Shown here piece after piece: positions 63,447 to 64,000 of a DNA stretch of 64,000 nt. The stretch spans positions 77,006-141,005 of IMG/VR virus record IMGVR_UViG_3300033273_000658. The stretch is one strand, 5' to 3'. Below the pieces are notes generated by a model. That model did no database searches. It was not told where the DNA came from and saw only the letters and a program-made list of their open reading frames with translations. Position 1 is the stretch's first letter. Each line of letters starts with the position of its first letter. Source of the stretch: a virus. Made by a program: the position numbers and the translations under genes.

Positions 63447-64000
63447 ATGTCAGAATCTAAATTTAAATTAATACAACAAGATGTTTGCTACAAAGAGCCG
63501 GAAGAGGTTTTAAAGGAAGCAACAGAAGATAAGATCTGCCCTACATGCATACCTAATCAAAACTATACTCCACCTGATTGGACAAAAACTACCACACCCT
63601 ATTTAAACGAACTCAAATGTGAGTATCAAGTTAAAGTTATGATAAACATTGATGCCGACATTTATTATGATCGTGAAGAGACTTTGAAAGCATCGACAGC
63701 AGCCGAAGGAGAATTCTTAATCGGAGACAATAAAATAAAGAGAAGTTTCCGAAAACTTAGCAGCTCTCCTTATGAATTAAATGTTTTATTGAAATCCTAT
63801 ATAAGACCTGGTGTTAGAAAAATTTTAAGACACTTTGGTAAACTAGAAACAGATGAGATAGTTTGTGCTTCTCCACCAGAAGAACCAGGGCAGGTTTGCA
63901 AAGGCATTCACGGCTTAGATTATGAACAATACGTTAGTATAACTGAGGTTTTAACAGATGAACCAGTACCACAATCCGTTAAGACATTTGAAGTAAACCA
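63447..64000 (+). CDS. Hypothetical protein, 3'-truncated by window edge
   Basis: ATG 63447 opens MSESKFKLIQQDVC...CPTC; no stop seen. Confidence 0.7.
   Translation, partial: MSESKFKLIQQDVCYKEPEEVLKEATEDKICPTCIPNQNYTPPDWTKTTTPYLNELKCEYQVKVMINIDADIYYDREETLKASTAAEGEFLIGDNKIKRSFRKLSSSPYELNVLLKSYIRPGVRKILRHFGKLETDEIVCASPPEEPGQVCKGIHGLDYEQYVSITEVLTDEPVPQSVKTFEVN

Noticed and set aside
1-64000. tRNA or rRNA genes
   Set aside because: No cloverleaf or rRNA-like segment recognised in the intergenic gaps by eye; a tRNAscan-SE run would settle it

Overview
The window looks like part of a large tailed bacteriophage genome. It is AT-rich, essentially all genes lie on the + strand with Shine-Dalgarno sites and sigma70-type promoters, and it encodes a T4 gp55-like late sigma factor, PhoH, GroEL, two amidases and baseplate-like genes. 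No tRNA, rRNA or CRISPR array was recognised. There are four blocks. (1) 1-5.6 kb: amidase, GroEL, glutaredoxin, cupin and a trypsin-like protease. (2) 5.6-29.1 kb: an early/host-takeover region with about 18 repeated strong promoters, about 24 tandem MKxGDLV micro-proteins, UvsE, a LexA-type DNA-binding protein lacking the protease domain, and an AAA+/vWA pair. (3) 29.2-49.7 kb: mostly late, probably virion-associated genes preceded by a CTA(T/A/G)TTA motif. (4) 49.7-64 kb: PhoH, a nuclease, a glycan-modification cluster, the late sigma factor and baseplate/lysin genes. The most striking feature is non-coding. Five intergenic arrays in the early region carry 13 near-consensus sigma54 (-24/-12) sites. 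Twelve point antisense with no credible gene to drive, and each of those twelve is followed exactly 7 bp away by a second motif, TTAC(A/G)TAACTC. The arrays are interleaved with Fur-type boxes and other repeated operator-like motifs. My inference is a phage-borne panel of host-regulator binding sites acting as decoy, sensor or roadblock DNA. All family calls come from motif recognition by eye; no searches were run.
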